The translations under genes were made by a program, and so were the position numbers. Under the pieces are notes generated by a model. The model made no database searches. It had not been told where the DNA came from and saw only the letters and a program-made list of their open reading frames with translations. Shown piece by piece: positions 5,946 through 10,588 of a stretch of DNA of 10,588 nucleotides; the stretch's first letter is position 1; each line of letters starts with the position of its first letter. Source of the stretch: an uncultured bacterium (GTDB lineage: Bacteria > Hydrogenedentota > Hydrogenedentia > Hydrogenedentales > JAEUWI01); assembly GCA_963977445.1 (NCBI GenBank), contig CAXBPH010000242.1:1-10588 (forward strand). Direction: 5' to 3'.

Positions 5946-6713
5946 GTGAACGCCACGACCAAACGATTCCTTATCCTTCTCGCCTGCACCGCGCTGGTGG
6001 GGTGGATTTCGGTGAACTGGCTCCTCGGACCGCCCGGGCTCTCGTCTGCCTATCTGGCCAGCCATAGCGTGGACCACGAACGCTACCTGGAGGCCATCAA
6101 GAACGATGCCTACAAGCATTACGTGCAGCGCCCCCACCTGGTAAATCTCGACGAAAACCCCGAACTCAAACAGCGCGTCGCCCTGGTGGCCGCCTACACA
6201 GATGGCAAAGCCTTTCAGGCAGAGCAGCACCGCATCCATCTGTATTCCTTATTCTTCGAGATTTTCAACGCCACGATAGTGGTGGTCCTCGTGCTGCGCC
6301 TTGCGAAAGCGCCCCTCCTCCAGTATCTCGATGTTCAAATCGAAGAACTGCGTGACAAGATCAATAAGGCGGCCCGCTCCCGGAAGTCTGCCCTGGGGCG
6401 ACGGGGCATTGCGGAAGAGAAAATTGCCCATATTGATGATGAAGAGATGAAGCTCAATGCCAATACCGAAACGCGGATGGAACGGGAACTCGCCGATCTT
6501 GCCGAGGCCAGCCACTATAGCTTTGGCCTCCACGAACGGGAATTGTCCGAACGGAAGAAAGCGGAAGCCCACAAGGCGGAGCTCGCGCTGAAACACCGGT
6601 TGGTCTACGACGCCATCGACTTACTCATCAAGCAAGTACAGGAAGAGGAAAGTGCCGAAGGCCACGATGCGCTAATCCACCAGTTTACCCATGATCTGGA
6701 GGCCCGGTCTTGA
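5946..6713 (+). CDS. atpF: ATP synthase Fo subunit b with N-terminal extra TM and soluble domain
   Basis: 255 aa. From residue ~99 it is b-like (FEIFNATIVVVLVLRLAKAPLLQYLD, a charged helical stalk, C-terminal DALIHQF). Its stop overlaps the atpH start. Confidence 0.78.
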   Translation: MNATTKRFLILLACTALVGWISVNWLLGPPGLSSAYLASHSVDHERYLEAIKNDAYKHYVQRPHLVNLDENPELKQRVALVAAYTDGKAFQAEQHRIHLYSLFFEIFNATIVVVLVLRLAKAPLLQYLDVQIEELRDKINKAARSRKSALGRRGIAEEKIAHIDDEEMKLNANTETRMERELADLAEASHYSFGLHERELSERKKAEAHKAELALKHRLVYDAIDLLIKQVQEEESAEGHDALIHQFTHDLEARS

Positions 6714-7267
6714 AAAACTTTCTCATTGCCGACCGCTATGCCCGCAGCCTCATCGGTGCCATCCCAGAGGATTCCCGTCTGGAGGAAATTCGCGACATGC
6801 TGGAGGAACTCGGGGAGCTGGTGAAGACCAACCAGGATCTGCGCAACGTTATTTCCAATCCTGCTGTGTCAATAGACAAACGAATTGCCATTCTAGACGG
6901 CATTCTCGCCCACGAAAACGGACCGGATGTACTCAGAAATCTGGTACGCGTGTTGGCCCAACGGGGACGCATCTCCCTTTTGGCGGACGTAGCCCGGCGC
7001 TTCGCCACCCATACCGACACCCGGCTGAATCGGGTGAGCGCCCAAGTCACATCGGCGGTGGCCTTGTCGGACGACCAATGTAACGATATCGTTGCATCCC
7101 TGGAGAAGTTCTCCGGAATGCATGTACGTATAGAGAACGCCGTTGACCCGAGTATTCTGGGCGGCATCATTGCCCGTATCGGGGGAACAATCATCGACGG
7201 CAGCGTCCGCGCGCGCATTGAGCGACTCAAACAATCCCTGCTGCCAGAGGAGAATTTAGGCGGATGA
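6710..7267 (+). CDS. atpH: ATP synthase F1 subunit delta
   Basis: TTG start, GGAGG at 6698-6702, TTGA overlap with the upstream stop. Motifs [30 protein letters not shown]....G....DGSV. Confidence 0.95.
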   Translation: MKNFLIADRYARSLIGAIPEDSRLEEIRDMLEELGELVKTNQDLRNVISNPAVSIDKRIAILDGILAHENGPDVLRNLVRVLAQRGRISLLADVARRFATHTDTRLNRVSAQVTSAVALSDDQCNDIVASLEKFSGMHVRIENAVDPSILGGIIARIGGTIIDGSVRARIERLKQSLLPEENLGG

Positions 7268-8799
7268 AAATCCAAGCAACTGAAATTACCGAACTCATCA
7301 AGCAGCAGATTGCTGACTTTCACGACACCGTCGACGTGGCGGAAGTGGGTACCGTTATCCAGGCGGGTGACGGCATCGCCCGGGTATTCGGGCTGGCCAA
7401 CGCCGTCGCCGGAGAGACCCTGGAGTTCCCCCACGGGGTAAAGGGCATGGCCCTCAACCTGGAAGAAGACAACGTCGGTGTTGTGCTCTTTGGGGAATAC
7501 GAAAAGATTGCTGAAGGGGACACGGTTAAACGCACCGGCACCATCACATCGGTACCCGTGGGTGAAGGCCTGATTGGCCGCGTTGTAAACGCACTTGGCG
7601 AGCCCATCGATGGTCGGGGCCCCATTGTCTCCGACGAGACGAGCCCCGTTGAGCGCATTGCCCCGGGCATCATCGATCGGCAACCCGTTGGTGAACCCCT
7701 GCAAACCGGTATCAAGGCCATCGACGCCATGACCCCCATCGGGCGGGGTCAACGTGAGCTCATCATCGGTGATCGCCAGACCGGCAAGACCGCCATCGCG
7801 ATTGACACCATTCTCAATCAGAAGAATGAAGATGTTATCTGTATCTATGTGGCCATCGGCCAGAAGCGCTCCACGGTCGCCCAGGTGGTCAATGAGTTAA
7901 AGGAAAATGGCGCGATGGATTACACCATCGTGGTCGCTGCTTCCGCTTCCGTGCCGGCACCATTACAATACATTGCACCCTATTCCGGTGCGGCCATGGG
8001 CGAATATTTCCGTGATCGTGGAAAACACGTGCTGATTGTTTATGATGATCTTTCCAAGCACGCCGTAGCCTATCGTCAGCTTTCCCTGTTGCTCCGCCGC
8101 CCACCAGGCCGCGAAGCCTATCCAGGTGATGTGTTCTACCTCCACTCCCGCCTGCTGGAACGCGCGGCCAAGATGAGTGACGCCCAGGGTGGTGGCAGCA
8201 TGACCGCCCTTCCGATTATCGAAACACAGGCGGGTGACGTTTCGGCCTATATCCCCACCAACGTAATCTCGATTACGGATGGTCAGATATTCCTGGAGAA
8301 TGACCTTTTCTATTCGGGCGTGCGACCCGCTATCAATCCCGGCATTTCCGTATCCCGCGTAGGTGGTAACGCTCAGATTAAAGCTATGAAGAAGGTTTCC
8401 GGAACACTTCGCCTCGATTTGGCCCAGTTCCGCGAGTTGGAGGCCTTCGCCCAATTTGGTAGTGACCTCGATCGGGCGACCCAGCTCCAGTTGAACCTGG
8501 GACAACGCCTGGTGGAAATCCTGAAGCAGCCCCAGTACGCGCCCATCTCGGTAGAGAAGCAGGTCCTGATCATCTACGCCGCGACGTCGGGCTATTTGAA
8601 CAACGTACCCGTTGGTGCCGTGGCGCGCTATGAAGAAGAGTTGTATCACCACTTTGAAACGGAAGCCAAAGACATTTTTGACAAACTGCGGGCAACCGGG
8701 GAGCTCACGAAAGAGCTGAAACCCCTCATCGACAAAGCGCTCAAGTCCTACACCGAGCAATTTGAAATACGCCACCGCGGAAACGATGAAGAGAGCTAG
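7264..8799 (+). CDS. atpA: ATP synthase F1 subunit alpha
   Basis: 511 aa with GDGIARV, Walker [32 protein letters not shown] and SVSRVGG; ATGA overlap with atpH. Confidence 0.99.
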   Translation: MKIQATEITELIKQQIADFHDTVDVAEVGTVIQAGDGIARVFGLANAVAGETLEFPHGVKGMALNLEEDNVGVVLFGEYEKIAEGDTVKRTGTITSVPVGEGLIGRVVNALGEPIDGRGPIVSDETSPVERIAPGIIDRQPVGEPLQTGIKAIDAMTPIGRGQRELIIGDRQTGKTAIAIDTILNQKNEDVICIYVAIGQKRSTVAQVVNELKENGAMDYTIVVAASASVPAPLQYIAPYSGAAMGEYFRDRGKHVLIVYDDLSKHAVAYRQLSLLLRRPPGREAYPGDVFYLHSRLLERAAKMSDAQGGGSMTALPIIETQAGDVSAYIPTNVISITDGQIFLENDLFYSGVRPAINPGISVSRVGGNAQIKAMKKVSGTLRLDLAQFRELEAFAQFGSDLDRATQLQLNLGQRLVEILKQPQYAPISVEKQVLIIYAATSGYLNNVPVGAVARYEEELYHHFETEAKDIFDKLRATGELTKELKPLIDKALKSYTEQFEIRHRGNDEES

Positions 8800-8802
8800 T
8801 CC

Positions 8803-9657
8803 ATGGCCAATCTTCGCGACATAAAACGGCGTATTACCAGCGTCAAAAGCACACAGAAAATCACCAAAGCCATGAAGATGGTTGCGGCGTCGAAGCTCCG
8901 TCGTGCCCAGGCATCGATTCAGCAGGCCCGACCCTATGCCTTTCACATGCGTGATCTGGTTTCGAGCGTGACGCGCTGCGCCACCCTCAATGACCATCCC
9001 CTGCTGAGCAAAGGCAACCCGGATCATATCGGCATCATCGTCGTAAATTCCGACAAGGGCCTGTGCGGCGGTTTCAATGCCAGTATTGTGAATCGGGCCA
9101 TGCAGGTCATCAAAAAAGACTTCGCCAAGAAGGAAGTGGTGCTCACCGTGGTCGGGCGCAAGGGCCTGGAAGCATTGAAACGGCACCCCGTCACCATTCG
9201 CAACAATTTCACCGGTCTCGCCGATGATCCCCTTTCCCTTTCGAAGAACATCATCGACGATATCGCGAAAGACTTTGTCGAAGGCCGGACGGGCGAAGTG
9301 TACTGCGTGTACAACGAGTTTAAGTCGGCGGTACAGCAGAATGTGACGGTAGAGCGTCTTCTTCCCTTTCAGGCAGAAGCTCAGGACGATGCCCCCGCCG
9401 AACTCGACTATATTTATGAGCCCAGTCAGGAAGAGGTCTTTGGATCCCTTCTTCTGCGCAATCTGGAGACCCAGATGCACCGCATCTTGTTGGAATCCAC
9501 CGCCAGTGAACTGGGTGCCCGTATGACCGCTATGGACGCCGCCACACGCAATGCAGGCGAAGTAATCGATAAATTGACCTTACAGTACAACCGCGCACGG
9601 CAAAATGCCATCACCACGGAACTCATCGAAGTTATCAGTGGCGCGGAAGCACTTTAG
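8803..9657 (+). CDS. atpG: ATP synthase F1 subunit gamma
   Basis: 284 aa with KITKAMKMVAASK, SDKGLCGGFN, SELGARMTAM and YNRARQNAITTELIEVISGAEAL. Confidence 0.99.
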   Translation: MANLRDIKRRITSVKSTQKITKAMKMVAASKLRRAQASIQQARPYAFHMRDLVSSVTRCATLNDHPLLSKGNPDHIGIIVVNSDKGLCGGFNASIVNRAMQVIKKDFAKKEVVLTVVGRKGLEALKRHPVTIRNNFTGLADDPLSLSKNIIDDIAKDFVEGRTGEVYCVYNEFKSAVQQNVTVERLLPFQAEAQDDAPAELDYIYEPSQEEVFGSLLLRNLETQMHRILLESTASELGARMTAMDAATRNAGEVIDKLTLQYNRARQNAITTELIEVISGAEAL

Positions 9658-9664
9658 CACGTAA

Positions 9665-10588
<924 letters not shown>

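Noticed and set aside
5976..5987. Lipobox (LLAC) in the extended b subunit
   Set aside because: The -2 residue is atypical, the h-region before the Cys is short and hydrophobicity continues past it; a TM helix fits better.

Overview
Most of the window (2611 to the right edge, + strand) is a bacterial F1Fo ATP synthase operon in canonical F-type order: atpZ/Q-like, atpI, atpB, a giant c-subunit gene, atpE, b', b, atpH, atpA, atpG and atpD (truncated by the window end). The F1 genes look ordinary; the Fo genes do not. (1) A 327-aa proteolipid consists of four fused c hairpins whose ion-binding position alternates E/Q/E/Q. (2) The neighbouring single-hairpin c subunit has a complete two-carboxylate Na+ signature and an N-terminal extension. 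(3) One b subunit carries an extra N-terminal membrane segment plus a ~70-aa soluble domain. Together these suggest a probably Na+-coupled enzyme with a heteromeric rotor ring (inference). Divergently transcribed on the - strand are an LMW phosphatase and a fructosamine-kinase-family gene, separated by a heptamer repeat/inverted-repeat element. Further left lie ~900 bp without a convincing gene but with a good sigma70-like promoter, then the start of a signal-peptide-bearing gene that runs off the left edge. All calls are by-eye motif recognition; no database search was run.
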